Origin: Eledone cirrhosa | Taxonomy: Eukaryota | Assembly (NCBI GenBank): GCA_964016885.1 | Contig: OZ024745.1 | Span: 58,094,001 to 58,158,000 of the forward strand | Reading direction: 5' to 3' | Length of the DNA stretch: 64,000 bases | Shown: one piece after another, positions 41,780 through 56,386 of the stretch | How positions within the stretch are numbered: the stretch's first letter is position 1 | How the letters are laid out: each line of letters opens with the position of its first letter | The notes under the pieces: model-generated | The model's input: the letters and a program-made list of their open reading frames with translations, nothing else | Database searches by the model: none | What the model was told of the DNA's origin: nothing | Made by a program: the position numbers and the translations under genes

Positions 41780-43000
41780 AATTCTCCTCCACTTTGGCTC
41801 ACCTCAGACATAATTCCAATTCCAAAGAAGGGAAATCTTGCACTATTCAAATGTTATCGAGACATCTCGCTCGCAGCTATTGCTACTAAGGTCTACATGT
41901 ATGTTGATCTTCAACAGAAAACTTTCGTTCTGGAATGGCATTTTGAGGAGAAATCCAAACGGATTTCGTAGAGTATGTTTCACAACTGCACGGATCCTAT
42001 CCTTGCAGAGAATCATTTTTGCATAAATTTTGTGGACTTTATGAAAGCATTCGACTCAATCAACCAAATATTTAACCTATTATCGCTTTATGGCATTCCA
42101 GAGAGGATTGTTAAAGCAATACATCAGCACGAAATCACTTGTCCTGATCCAAGATAGAGAAACAGAATATTTCGATATAGTGACTGGGGTTCTTTTTAGA
42201 AATACTCTAGCCGATTTTCCTCCATATAAATGTTCTGAACTACATCCTACGTATGTCATTGGATGGTAGTAACAAGAAATATTTAATGCTTAAGTCAAAA
42301 AGATGGAGTAGATATCTTGTTGAATTTGTCACTGATCTAGACTTTGTCATGATTTGATTCTTCCTTCAAACTCAGTAGCAACTACCTATTCGCTCCTTCG
42401 TGTGTTGGAATCAACTACAGCTCATGTTGCACTCTAATGTAATGAAACAAAAACTAAATTTATCTAACAAAATCTGATGTTAGCATAGTCACAGTAAAGT
42501 TGGAAAAGACGTCCAAATACGTCGAGCCCTGGCCTGGAATGCTTTTCAAAAGCTGAATAAAACTTGGAAATCCAATGTACCAAACAAATTTAAAATCATC
42601 CTGCTTCGAACAACTGAGGGGCCGACTTATCGTTCTCAATAGTTCTGAAACTTGGACCTTGCACTTCCGGCTACAGAGCCGTTTAGATGGATGTTACGCT
42701 ACCCTTCTGAGAAAGGCTCAAAATATTCCTTGGCAGATCCATAAGGAGATCAATCAGATATACCGAAAAATGTAAATGTAAATGCACGACTAACTGTACG
42801 TTGTATAAATTTTGCTGATCATTGCTTCTGCGCAAAAGATGAGATATACTGAGAGCTCTTGTTGTGGGAAATCTCCTCTACCAGAAAACTCAGATATCAG
42901 GATACCATAACAAGAGGCACTGAAATAGACAAAGGATCCCTACAATCCTTGATGGGAAGCAGAAGCTGTTGGCATGAAGTTCGCTTGTTATCTCGCTTAA
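41780..43000 (+). pseudogene. Heavily decayed LINE reverse transcriptase, RTE/RTEX-like
   Basis: IIPIPKKGNL, YRDISL, NGFRR, FVDFMKAFDSI, YGIPERIV, SETWTL, LDGCYATLLR across frameshifts. Confidence 0.8.
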
Positions 43001-43985
43001 GGGCGATGAATAAGGATTAGGATTAATTGATAAGTTGTTAACTTGTGAGAATACAAATATACAAAAATATAGGCATACATTGATGTAACTATGTTCCACT
43101 GTCTGGTTGCTGGTGTAGTGTTTATTTAAACGTTCCCTTCCTCTCATCTGATAGCAAAATTATATAGTAAATAAAATTAGTAAGAAACTAACTTTTTTCA
43201 TTTTAGCGTGTTATACAAGCATTCATCCTATAAACATCAGGATAATCGCGCAGATTTGTATCATCTCAGATATGGGGATTATGTGTAATGTATGAAGTAG
43301 GGGGTGCTACCTTCGTTCACCAAGAATCCAAGTCCAACGATGATTCAATCCTGGTGGGAGTATACATTTTCTATCAGGCGAATGATTGTAAAGTTGAAAA
43401 TTTGCTATAGATACTAGATCCCAAAACCTCGTCATTGGTGATCCATAAATACATTTATTATCTTTTTCTATTTATCTCACCGATATCCAGTGGGCAGCTG
43501 AGTTCCACCCAAAAGAGTTGGATTAATTTTGTAAACTCACACAACAATAAAGAAGTAGAATAGAGACATGGATTATGGAAGGTGATACATTAACGAAAGT
43601 GTAAAGAAAAAGGTAATTTTTAAGAAGTGCATATCGACTTTTGTGTAATAGTCCGTATCGCGTTTATATGGACCAGGTCCATTGTCATACGTTCAGGATA
43701 TTGCGTTGTTGATTCTCACGGTCCGTGCCGAATGAAGCCTGGTGAAAGGATGGGCCCGCCAATGCAAGCATTTCATTATAACCTCACACCGCGAGTTGAT
43801 TTCACGGCCTTTCAGTTTTAAGATCTCCACACACCATGATATGCAGAGCTGCACTTCCTGCCGCCCAACGCGTATGGAGGCGTAAACAGCAGATAGACAG
43901 TGGAGTGCACACCTATCTCAAAGATCCGGTGTGCCATGTGCTTTATATATCATAGAAGGCTTATACTTTAGGGATCACAATCCCA

Positions 43986-44077
<92 letters not shown>

Positions 44078-45842
44078 TTATATATATATAGAGAGAGAGA
44101 GAAATAATATGATTGATAGATATAGATAGATGGAAAATGAAATGTGTAAATACTACCGGTTGTCTGAAGAAACAAACAATAAATAATCGATTGAGAGCTA
44201 AGAAAGAGTGGAATAGTGTGATCAAGTTGTTACATAGATGAATGATCTAACGTGTGAGTGAGAATGAGAAAGAATCGAGAGAGAGGGAGAGAGATAGATA
44301 AATAGGGAGAGGGGGGAGGAGAGAGAAGTAGAACGGCGTTTATATCAAAGAGTTGCAACGAGAAAGAATCAAAGAAGTTGCTAGACACAAACAAAAAGAA
44401 AATTTTAGATATCGAAATGTAGAGTCGCTGCAAAAATATTCTTTATTTGAAAGAAGAACGCAGTAACTGATAAAATAAATTCAGTACCTACTTATAAACT
44501 TTCGCCTCTTCAGAAATGGACACGGAACCATGATTGCACAAGATTCGAAGCTACACGAAGACTAGAATGATCAATGAAAAATATTTCAAATGAAGAGGAA
44601 TAAAACATATTCAAGATACTACTTAGAAATACTTCAATGTGCAGGTGAATATTCTGTTAGATTACAAGCTAAGGAGACCGTGATAAATGTTAGGAGAAAA
44701 AAATCAAATCCATATGTATGGGTTGATTCTTGTGTGTGTGTGTATGTGTTCGTGCGCGCGTATCTATAGTGTGATAGACAAACCAATACCCACGTACTTA
44801 CGCCTCCTACAGAAGAAAACTAAATTTTGAAAATATGCTCCACACATACTAGAATGTCAGTAGCTGATGTAAAACAGTATAAACTAAATACACTTGTAAC
44901 GAGAAGTCTGGCAACTGCATATTATCAACAATCGATATTGAATAAAACCATCCGTTAATCTTCCTCTTTTTTTCGTTTATATTGATTAGTTTGTTAATAT
45001 TAATTTAACATATTTCGAGAGCAGTAAACATAAATCTCCGGGTGGTTTGCCAAAATACAGAATTTTCGATACAATTTGTCTTCGTTTCTGTCATAAATGA
45101 ACATGAAAAAAGCACGAGTGACTTAAGCTCTCATTTACCTTCTATTGCGTTACTCTTTTGTTAAATTGACAAATCTCATATTCACTTCCAGTTCCTCCGT
45201 TTTTTCTCATAATTTTCTCGTCTCTAATTCCTTTGGAAAAGACAAAGACGATACCATGGTCCATTAACTTTTTTTATTATCTAACTAAAAGATCGGTCGT
45301 CATGTCAAGACAGCTATAAAATATATTTATCGGGGTAGGGAATATAATGGCTTAGTTGCAGTGATTATTATTTTTCTTTATTCAGTATATTTCTGACATC
45401 CTTTTGTCAGTTCATTTCTTTCTATGTACATCCTTTCAAATTTCTTTGCCATCGCTGAACCAGTTCATATATCTAGTGTCGTTAAAGAGATGACAGGCAT
45501 CTTTTTAGCACGAATTCAACGCCAGTTACTTGCAAATAATTATTCCTTGGATGAAAGTTTCCTATCAAGATTTCAGGACATAGAAACAACCATCAACACT
45601 ATTTATTTCTCCATTCTTTATGTCTACAATTCTCTGTATCGCGCATTCATTTTATGTAAAAAATATGTTTTCATATTTACTTTTTACGGTTTGAAGATTA
45701 AAAGGGAACTCGCTGAGATCGTTATTTAGTTAGTCTTCTACAGTATATTCGATGTCTATATGTCAGTAGAATAGCTATCTGTGACCAGATAGATATTATA
45801 TATCTATCTAGGCACTATATATTTAGAGAGAGGGGGATAGAG

Positions 45843-45922
<80 letters not shown>

Positions 45923-46139
45923 GGGTATAGATAGATAGGTAGATAGGTAGATAGATAGTTAGAAAGATAAACAAATTTTGTATAGGCATAAATATTAACA
46001 TTCTTCTAATATATGTTACTATTTTATATTGAATAAATTCAGCCGGGTAAAATAATTTATTTCTCTTAATTCCCACATTTGAATATGTATGTAGGCGTGC
46101 CTGCATGCGCGTGTGTGTTTATGCATATGCGTGCATTTG

Positions 46140-46201
<62 letters not shown>

Positions 46202-47214
46202 ATTCGTAGATATATATCATTCAGTCGTTTTTTTTTATATCCAACTTTATATTTCGAACACACTAGTTTAATAAAAATCAATATAAAATCAACGACAAAT
46301 AATCACTATTATTTTCGTCATCTTTTTTTATATCCTGTTTCACAGACACACATCAGAGAATTCATACACCTACTCATACATATAAGCCTATTGATGTAAG
46401 AACACATACATTCATACTCAAAAGTTAATATATGTTTTGCTTTTTGGAATGTCGATTAATATTGTAATTTTTGTGCGATATTTTTTGATAACAGAAATAT
46501 GTTAGAAAGTTAAAATTGCCTTGGTATATTTGAAGCTTAATAGAGTTAAGGTGGTATCTTCTTTGATATATGAAACATCGTCACGAAATATGTATGATTC
46601 AGTATAACGACAAATTCAGACATCAAAGATTATTGACATAAACTTGTTGTTTACGAACCATATTGTTTACGATTAAAATTGTGTAGATTCTATGTTATTA
46701 TCTCATAAGCCATTAAGCCGAATACCGGGTCTTATTCTTGTATATTGATTCTGTCTAATAAGTTTATAGAATCAAACTACCAGGATCCAATCAAGAATAT
46801 TTATCTCTTATCTACTTCAGAATTCAGAAACTAAAATTGTACATGGGTTGTTTAGGTCACTCTTATTGGATGAGACCTATGATTCAAAGAGTTTCAAACA
46901 AAGTGTATTTTATATAATATTACTTGCAGTATCTGGATGCAGGCATGGTGGAGTGTCTAAGAAGTTCACTTCACAATCGTAACGGGTCAAGTTTCGAAAC
47001 TACCATATGATATATTGGGGAAGTACCTTTTACCAAAATCCAGAGATGCAGAAGATTGGTGTTTGAAACTATAATAGAACTATGGTATGGTCTCGTAACT
47101 CGAAGAGTCGTAGGGACGCCATTTTGACATACGGCGTTTCTCGGGCATTTTAAGCTAGGCGGAGCCCATCCCTCTCCAGTGCTGAGTACAGCAGATTTCT
47201 TCCAGAGTGAGGGA

Positions 47215-47375
47215 GAATCGACCCCAGTACTAGATTGGTACCTTTTTTATCGACCTCTAAAGGATGAAAGGCAAAGTTGACCTCGGCTGGATTTGAACCC
47301 AGAGAGCAGTGAGTCTGAACGAATGCCATAAAGCATTCTATCCAACGTTCTAACGCCTCTACCAATACGCCGCGT
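47215..47375 (-). mobile_element. Older copy related to SINE family 1
   Basis: ttatcgacctctaaaggatgaaaggcaaagttgacctcggctggatttgaac. Confidence 0.7.
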
Positions 47376-50300
47376 TTGATGAGCCTACCTTTTCGTATAT
47401 GCACGAGACCTCACATTATCAAATGTGTGTTTATTTCAAAGACGGTGACGTGAGACTTAAAGATGATTTGTAATCTTGCAGATTTTATGAGTAACTACGT
47501 CGAAGTTCCCTAATTGTTTGAGAGTGTGCTTTCAAGTAGATTTGATTTCTACTATCAATAGATTGAGCAGCTGACTACGTTGTGACTAATTCATTAAAGG
47601 CGTGCTTTCATGGTATATGACAAATACGTAGGCTGCCTTGTTGGTTTGATCAGAAGTTTGCTTGACTTTTATTCTGTGACACTACTTTTACTTTAGCAAT
47701 ATTCACCACAATATTATTATGTTAATACATGGAGTAATTGACTCATACTGGCGAACATTTCCACCTACATGAATATCAATACAAATATTCACACTTATAT
47801 GAAATTATAGTATTTTCTTTTTTTTTTCCTTTCAGATATTGAGATATTATAAATATCGTAAACTTTGTGTGTGGGGGCGCACTTGCGCGCGTGTGTATGT
47901 CTGTGTGTCTGTCTGTATGTGAGTGTGAATCGATCTTCTGTCACATTAATTTCGTTTGATGTTTAAATATTTTATCGATCACGTTCTCAGCAAAGCACAA
48001 GGAAATGAATTTCCTGTTAGTTTGATATGTAAAATGCTAAACGACGCCGGTTTCAACCAACAAAGAAAGAAGCATACATATAAGTAATCGCTTGACTTGC
48101 TGGAAATAGCATCCAAATCTTACTAAAACCAAGATTTATCGTCGTGAACAAAACATACTGGATAATGTAAGTCTAAGACATACTATATTTGTAAAATGAC
48201 AAGCTGGTCACAGCTGGAGCACCGTTGATCATACTTTTACTGGATCTACTTATGATGCAAGCTGAACAACAACAACATTTTTACTTTATGTTTGCTTATT
48301 TATTATCATTTCTTCTTTTTTGTTTTTGATAAAGTTGAAGAGATAAGAACACACAATTTAAAGGTCGTGAAATCTCATCAAAGTATTGCAGCTTATCTTA
48401 TTCTTGTTAATGATGATGATGATGATAATGATAACGACACTGACTTCGACGACGCTGTGTTGACCTCTGTGGCATCAAAGACCAACAGTGGGTTATCTTA
48501 AGCTCTCAATCTAAATTAATAAATACACACTCTACATTGAAACATTATTATGTTTCTCAATGATGCGTATATATTTATATACTATCAGCCACCCGCTCTC
48601 TCTCTCTCGCTCTCTCTCTCCCTCTCTCCTCTCTGTCACAGCACCTTAATATATTTTTCTTTCAGTTTTGTTGGTGTGTAATAGAGTTTGTGCAGGTGAA
48701 TGAAGAACGTGAAATTTTGATGAAGCAGTATAGCTCGATATGATCGTCAAAGGTCGCAAATTGATGTAGGTCCCGCGTCCAATGAGAGAGTTTGTGGAAC
48801 AGTATGGACAAACCATCTGTGCTGTTAGAAATAATCGAATGTTCATGGCAAAAAGCGTGAAATTTTTTCCGTTGTAAGAATTCTTCTAACTGCATGAGAT
48901 ACTCGTTAGCACAAGAGTTAAGGAGGATGAAACGGAGATATCTAGAGGAAATGTAGTAAATTGTAAGATAGGGAGTACAGTGATAACGGAGTTTGCGGCT
49001 TTGGAGGAGATATTGTATAAGAGGTGGAAGTTGCAAATAGAGGAGGAGTGGAATAATTAAGAGAAAAGGAGGGGCTGGTGTTAAGGGATTTGTGGAGGAA
49101 ATAGAGTGAAGATTGGATTACTTGGTGTGTCAGAACAATTTAAACAAGTGATTGAGGCGAGGCTTGAATTGGCTTATGGCTTATGCGAGAATTAGGGAGT
49201 AGATATTTATTAAAGGTGGGGGGGCTTGTGTTGTGAATAGAATGGTTATTGTGGTGCTGAGAGTGGGTAGAGCCGATAGTGGATCTAATGAGGTGATGAG
49301 GGCCGTGGGTGGGTAAGGGCAGGATGGTAGTGATGGATTGGGAAGAGGGATTAAAACGGGGCGAGGTTGAGTTGCAAACAACAGCCACGGAAGCCGATGC
49401 GGCAGGTAAATATAGGTGTGGTGAGGTGTAGATAGGCGTGAGGATTGTTAGCCTGCAGGAAATTCTTAAAATGAAAGTGAAAGAAGAGGAGGTAGGATTT
49501 AAGTGTTAGCATCGTGACAGAAGAGAAGAGTGTAGTTAAGAGAGTGAAGGAACGCGGGAAAAAAAGAAGAAAGGAAAGTTTGGTGGAAGAATATAAAGGA
49601 CAGTTTGGAGGAAGAAATTGAGATAGCATAATGTGGTTAAGAAAGTAAATATGGCAGACCATATACAAATACGTATAATCTTAAGGTAATTAATGTCTGA
49701 CATGGTTTCCGGGTATTTGTACAAGCCCTGAGCAAGATAACTCGTAATTCTTCGCCATTTGCATTTTCGTTTTGGCATGGATGCGTTTGCACACTGGTTT
49801 TATTATCGCAGAATACATTTGTGAAACGTAATTCGATGGATTCAAAAATAAGATAATTTGGATTTTATGTCTTTCTTTCATTAATCTTATTTCTTTTTCA
49901 GTCACGTCCATCATCGATAATAAACGATTCAATTGCGGGTTCGTTTTCATATTTTATTTTCACTAATCTTTCCTTCCGTAGTATTTAGCCCACTGCAGAT
50001 AAATATATCAGGTGCGGCACATAATTTTCTTTGCTTTCTCTCTTTAAATGTGTAGCTTCATTGCATATAAGGCCCAGTTGGTTCACGGGTGAACAATTAC
50101 TGAAACGGTTACGGTAAATATAATCACAATATTCAATAACCCTCTAAATACGAGAGCGAATATAGTTGTTGTATTCCTTCTTCACATTAGATTATATAGT
50201 CTTAGATACACTGCTTGATTACAAGGCTCGGTCCCGTTCCATCATCGGTCTGTTCGAGCATTATTGTGAGATTGTGTGTGTGACACATGAGCCCTAATCA

Positions 50301-51194
50301 CCAGCTCTTGGACGAATTATAAAATGAAGGAAATAAAACTAGTCCACTGCGGCGTATTTGGTAATATGTTAATATACATATAGGTTCATATTTGGCTTTC
50401 TGATTAAGGAGTTCGCTTCATAACACTCAGGTTTCTGGTTCAGTTTAACCGCATGGCACATTGGGCAAGTGTTTTCTATTACAGCTTTGGGTTACCCAAT
50501 TACTTGTAAGTAAAACCTGGTAGATAAAAAATCTGTCCTGAAAACCGTCGTATGCATATGAGTGTGTCTGTGTATGTATATTTTCGTATCGTGTAATATC
50601 TGGTTCCACAATAAGAGATTGATGTAAGCAGTAAGAGAATAAAAGGTTAAATACGTGTACATGTGCGCTTGTGTTGGTGTGCATGTATGTGTTTGCGGGC
50701 CTGTGTGTGTGTTTGTTTGTATGTGTGATTGAATATAGATGTCTACATTTGTGCTTGTATATATTTAACGAATTACCAAGTTATTCATAAATTCAAGATT
50801 TATTTATTTTATATATATATCTAACATCGAAAGTACAAAACCTCGGAAAGGACGCAAGGAACCCTTTACGTGCTCGTTAATCCTGCTAGAAATATCATCC
50901 AAATCTCTCCCAAATTACATTTTTGCTATCTTCCAACACCAGCACTAATGTAACCTTGGAAATTATACCTTCGAAAATTGCGCGAGAGCTGCAACCGGCT
51001 ATTAAAATCACATGATATAATTATTATTCTCTCTTCATTAACTCGTTTAGAAATATAAAATATTTTATTTTCGTCGTATACGCTAAATGCGTATGTATAT
51101 AAGAAGAAAACATTACAGCATCAGGTGCAACTTCAATACTCACACACGCACACTGACACACACACACACATGCATATATATATATATATCTTGG

Positions 51195-51406
51195 ACGATC
51201 GACTTTCGTCAAATCGGACCGAGGGAACAATGTTTCCGTTGGTCTTTCCAATTGCTAATACTATCTATCGGTTGCAACTCCAGGTAGAAGGAGCAACGTG
51301 AAATAAAGTGTCTTGCTCAAGGACATAACGCATCGCCTGGTCCAGGAATCGAACTCACAACCTTACGATTGCGAATCCAATTCTCTAACCACTCAGCCAC
51401 ACGCCT

Positions 51407-51410
<4 letters not shown>
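51195..51410 (-). mobile_element. tRNA-derived SINE, family 2
   Basis: Minus strand ggcgtgtggctgagtggttag...gagttcgattcc...ttgagcaagacactttatttcacgttgctc. Related to 52820-53130. Confidence 0.75.
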
Positions 51411-51447
<37 letters not shown>

Positions 51448-51464
51448 GTATGTATACATACATT

Positions 51465-51550
51465 TACAAAATGAAAAATGACCGAGGTATCCTACACGAG
51501 TGAAAGTATAAAGAAAAAGAGATGAAATCGAAAATGCAACTGGAGTCTTA

Positions 51551-51633
<83 letters not shown>

Positions 51634-51955
51634 CTTTTTTTTAAATATATATATTTATTTGGTTCCTTTACCGGTTTCGCAGTTCTTCTGCTTTTCAAAG
51701 GGTGAGTTGAGATGGAGAGTCTGTGGTTTTTCTCACATCTGATGTGAGAAAAACCACAGACCCTCCATCTCAACTCACCTTTTGAAAAGCAGAAGAACTG
51801 CGAAACCGGTAAAGGAAGCAAATAAATATATATATTTTTAAAAAAAATAAGACTCCAGTTGCATTTTCGATTTCATCTCTTTTTCTTTATACTTTCACTC
51901 GTGTAGGATACCTCGGTCATTTTTCATTGTGTAAAAAAAACCTCACTTTCTAATA
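51465..51955. repeat. Fold-back palindrome centred at 51740, with U3-A8 minimal HHRs (51778-51815 plus, 51665-51702 minus)
   Basis: cctt-TTGAAAA-gcag aagaa ctgc-GAAA ccgg TA-aagg. The left arm has an internal (TA)n expansion. Confidence 0.85.
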
Positions 51956-51969
51956 TATATATATATATA

Positions 51970-52723
51970 TATGAGAGACGTAAAATAAGAAAATTATAAA
52001 ATTAACTTACTTACTAAAAAATCACTTCCAACTAATTAGTTTCTGGAATGGAGTAAATATATTTTCCGAAGAAACACATATAAAATCATTCCGTCATCAG
52101 GAAAGTCTTTTTCCGTGTAAGTCTCCAGGCATAGCGAGGACTCTGGAAACTTATTAAAAAAATAATTCAGTGGAAAGGAAATAGCGAAGCGTGGACTGGA
52201 TTCCCAGTCATTGAGAAAATCACTGCCTCTTCGTCTGTGGCAAATTCAAAAAGAATCAATCACGTGACATCGAGGTCAATCAGTGGAAAGCGAGTGGTTA
52301 ATAAGACAGCGGCCAGCCTACCACCATAGTAGCAGTCATGGCCAAATATTGCTCGACAAATGAATTGGAGATAATTATAAGGAATTTATATCTAGTAACA
52401 CAGATGCATATCAATGCTAGCAAATATATAGGTTTTGTCTTATTAACATTGTGGTTCAATGCATGGGGTTGCAGAACAATAATATGAGAGACGTAAAATA
52501 AGAAAATTATAAAATTAACTTACTTACTAAAAAATCACTTCCAACTAATTAGTTTCTGGAATGGAGTAAATATATTTTCCGAAGAAACATATAGAAAATC
52601 ATTCCGTCATCAGGAAAGTCTGCAACCCCATGCATTGAACCACAATGTTAATAAGACAAAACCTATATATTTGCTAGCATTGATATGCATCTGTGTGTAT
52701 ATAAATGTTACTAGATATAAATT

Positions 52724-52728
<5 letters not shown>
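51970..52728 (-). mobile_element. 513-bp HHR-bearing unit, about 1.3 tandem copies plus an inverted segment
   Basis: HHRs at 52024-52106 and 52537-52619: actttc-CTGATGA-cggaatg...cattcca-GAAA ctaattag TT-ggaagt. 52619-52728 inverts 52377-52474. Confidence 0.85.
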
Positions 52729-52819
<91 letters not shown>

Positions 52820-52820
<1 letters not shown>

Positions 52821-53130
52821 AAAGCGCGTAGTTTAGTGGTTAGAAAGTTGGATTACCGATCGCGAGGTTGTGAGTTGGAATCCCGAACCGAGTGATGCGT
52901 TGTGTACTTGAACAAGTCACTTTATTTCACGTTGCTCCAGTTCATTCAAATGTAGAAAACAGTTGCTACGTCACTGGTGCTCATCTGTATCGGTCTTTGC
53001 CTTTTCTAAGGCAGGGAAAGGGGAAACTGATATGCCTAAATGACAGCTGATCGTCCACAAAACACTGCGTCCGGTCTTAGCTTACTTGGAAGAGAACTTC
53101 CAAGGGTCAAAACCAATCGTCATTCGTGAC
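52820..53130 (+). mobile_element. tRNA-derived SINE, family 2
   Basis: tagtttagtggttag A box, B-box-like gagttggaatccc, then cactttatttcacgttgctccag. Confidence 0.7.
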
Positions 53131-53209
53131 AGATGTACGATATTTACTCTGATAACAAAAAAAACTATTCCAAAAACAAAACAAATAAAACATTTCTTAT
53201 TGAAGGATT

Positions 53210-53365
53210 CAATGCTTTGCAGCATAGAGTTACGGCCCTTTATGGTCTAAGTTCAAATCCCGCCGAGGTTAACTTTGCCTTTCATCCTTACGGGGTCGAT
53301 AAAATAAAGTACCAGTAATAAACTGTGATAATTGCTGGCCTTGTGCCTAAAGTAGAAACAATTAT
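53210..53365 (+). mobile_element. SINE family 1, 5'-truncated
   Basis: agttcaaatcccgccgaggttaactttgcc...gtagaaacaatta. Confidence 0.85.
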
Positions 53366-54365
53366 GTTTAATATATATTCAAAGGGAGATAATTCCTTTG
53401 AATGTAATATTGAATCCCTTAATATATTTTTCTTTTTTTTTTTTTGCTTTTTGAAACTAGTAAATGTAGAGGTCTTAAAGTCACGTAAAAAATAACCGTT
53501 ATTTTTCGTATTAACATTTAGTCATTTGTCTATGTCAATGGGTAGACTTGAAATGTCCCTTATGTATATGGATAAGGGATGAATACCCATTTAGTACATG
53601 CTCAACTAGAACAATAAATATCGTAGGCATCGTTTACGCCTGTCTGTCGACGGCCTTGCATTTGGTTGTGTCCATTATGTGTATATTTGTATATGTTGTG
53701 TACATGTTAATGTTTGAGCAAGTCTATCTATTTTGTTTCACATTATGAAATTATAAACGGGGTTAATGAGTACTATGTTACGTGAACAGAGCCAACAGTA
53801 AAATAATTATTTCTCTAATAGTTTTGGAGAAGATTTTATTACATTTCATTCTTTTGTTAGATTTGTTACGTTGTTGCATGAGTTATGGTTTTTCAATTTT
53901 TTTATTTTATTTCTATGTATATGTTTTATTAATTTTCCTGAATAAACGTTACTTATTAGACGAATGTGTTATCGGGAAGATTATTATCTCCGTTCTATAT
54001 GTAGTAGAATATAAAGAATGGCCAACAATATAAAACAAATGTAATAAATTTATGAAGCAGATAAGAATAAATATACAGACACAGACCATTCTTTTACAGT
54101 AACATTTATTTCTGCCTGTTGCTGTCTGTTCAATAATATTATCAATGTTAAACCAGTTAATACGATAGCAAAATAACAAATCTTTCATTAACATTTACAA
54201 TAATTACACATTGATCTTTTCGACCTGGTGTCATATTCCGTCTATTGGTCATTGTTTGTTTTTATTCCTTGAATTGTGATGTTTGTTGGTGTTTCAAGTT
54301 GAGAATTGAAGGTTGATGTGGCCTTAACTTCTCATTGTTGGAGGATATGTTATATATATAAATAT

Positions 54366-54447
<82 letters not shown>

Positions 54448-55072
54448 TTCTCTTGCCTATTGTTATTTACTGCATTTAATATTGTTTTTCTAACTTTTCT
54501 TTACCTTTTTTTTAATATGTATTTTTATATTCTTTCCTTATTCATTTTATTCAGTTATTTGTTTATCTATTACTTTATGTATTTCTTTACTGTATTTATC
54601 ACCGCGTTTCCATTGCAATGCAACTAAGTCGTAATAATCTAATTACTGTGCGCATATATCTCTCTAATGGCGTTTTAATGTCGGCTTCAGATCTGGACGA
54701 ACTGCCAAACACGTACACAAACGAAAATGAAAGCACACGCACATAAACACACATAAACACATATACACACATACAGAGAAAAAGCAAACATAATAAAAGC
54801 ACACATAAACGAAATAAAATAAAATATATGAAATATAAAAGAAATACATAAATAAAATTAAAATATCTACAGTAAAGATATCTATCTACTTGAACTATCT
54901 ATCTGTTACTGGATTTCGTTTGGCGGCATCCTAGATCAAAGGGTTCTAAAGATGTGTGTGTGTGATAGTTTGCATCTGTGTTTGTATGGAGGTGTATACG
55001 CACGCGTCTGGGAGGGTATATGTATATATATTCACACACACACACGCGTGCACGAGCGCGCACACACACATT

Positions 55073-55181
<109 letters not shown>

Positions 55182-55183
55182 AT

Positions 55184-55239
<56 letters not shown>

Positions 55240-56289
55240 CTGTGTGTCTTTGTCTGTGTCTGTGTGCGAATACGTATACAAAAATTGAAAGGCAGGGAAC
55301 TGACAGTGTTGGATAGAGTGTCTTACGGCTTTCTGTACTCTGTGTTCAAATTCTGACGCAGTCAAATTTGCCTTTCATCCGTTTAAGCGTCGATAAATAT
55401 GTACCAAGCATCGGTATTGATATTACTACTTATTTACTCTCACCCTTTCTTAGAAATGGTTATATCCATCAATTTACTGTCATGCAAAGTAAATACGACT
55501 TAAATAAAGGGGAGACTACCTTTGAATTGTCTTGTAAAATTTCATGACTAGCACATAGTTCTAAATATTAATTAACACATGTATCAAGCTGTATCAAGGA
55601 AAATGTATTCAAAAACACACATTCCGTATACTAGAAGAGCAAAATGTAGACTAGTAAAGAATCATACACCGACGATAACCACACATTAATTGTAAGATAG
55701 AATATACAACAAAAATACCTGTTTACTAACATACAACAAACTGGCAAACTGTAGAAATACTGCAAATGTCTATTGTGATATAAATTTCAATGCAATTTTG
55801 TGAACTTCGAGATCAAAATTGTTACATCGGTCGTACAAGCAATACACTTCCTCGTCGATTTACTTGGCACTTGAAACAATGCAAATCGCAAACCACTTGC
55901 ATAGAATACATTTAAAAATAGAATCAGTCGATGACCTATCAATTTTATATAGAATTCCATACAAAACAAGGTGAACGACTATGGAGACTCTAGTAACATC
56001 AGAGTATTTATAACAGATTTTAAATCGGGGCATCCACAACGTCCATCCGCTCCGATGATATTTATATGTCCATCGGTAGACATGTGACCAATATTCCATT
56101 AGTTTGACCATTCGGATTCTGAAGAAGTAGAGGTGGAGGCTCTGAAATGATAATATAAATGGGGATTTAGTGATGTGACTGTTCTATATTAAGTACTAAA
56201 TACTAATATGAAAAAAATCTTCAATGCAATGTTGAAACTGGAACGCAGTCATATTTTCAATAACGCACACACATATATAAATATGTATC

Positions 56290-56383
<94 letters not shown>

Positions 56384-56386
<3 letters not shown>

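Noticed and set aside
45424-45729. 101-aa ORF as a host exon
   Set aside because: No recognisable domain and no splice support.
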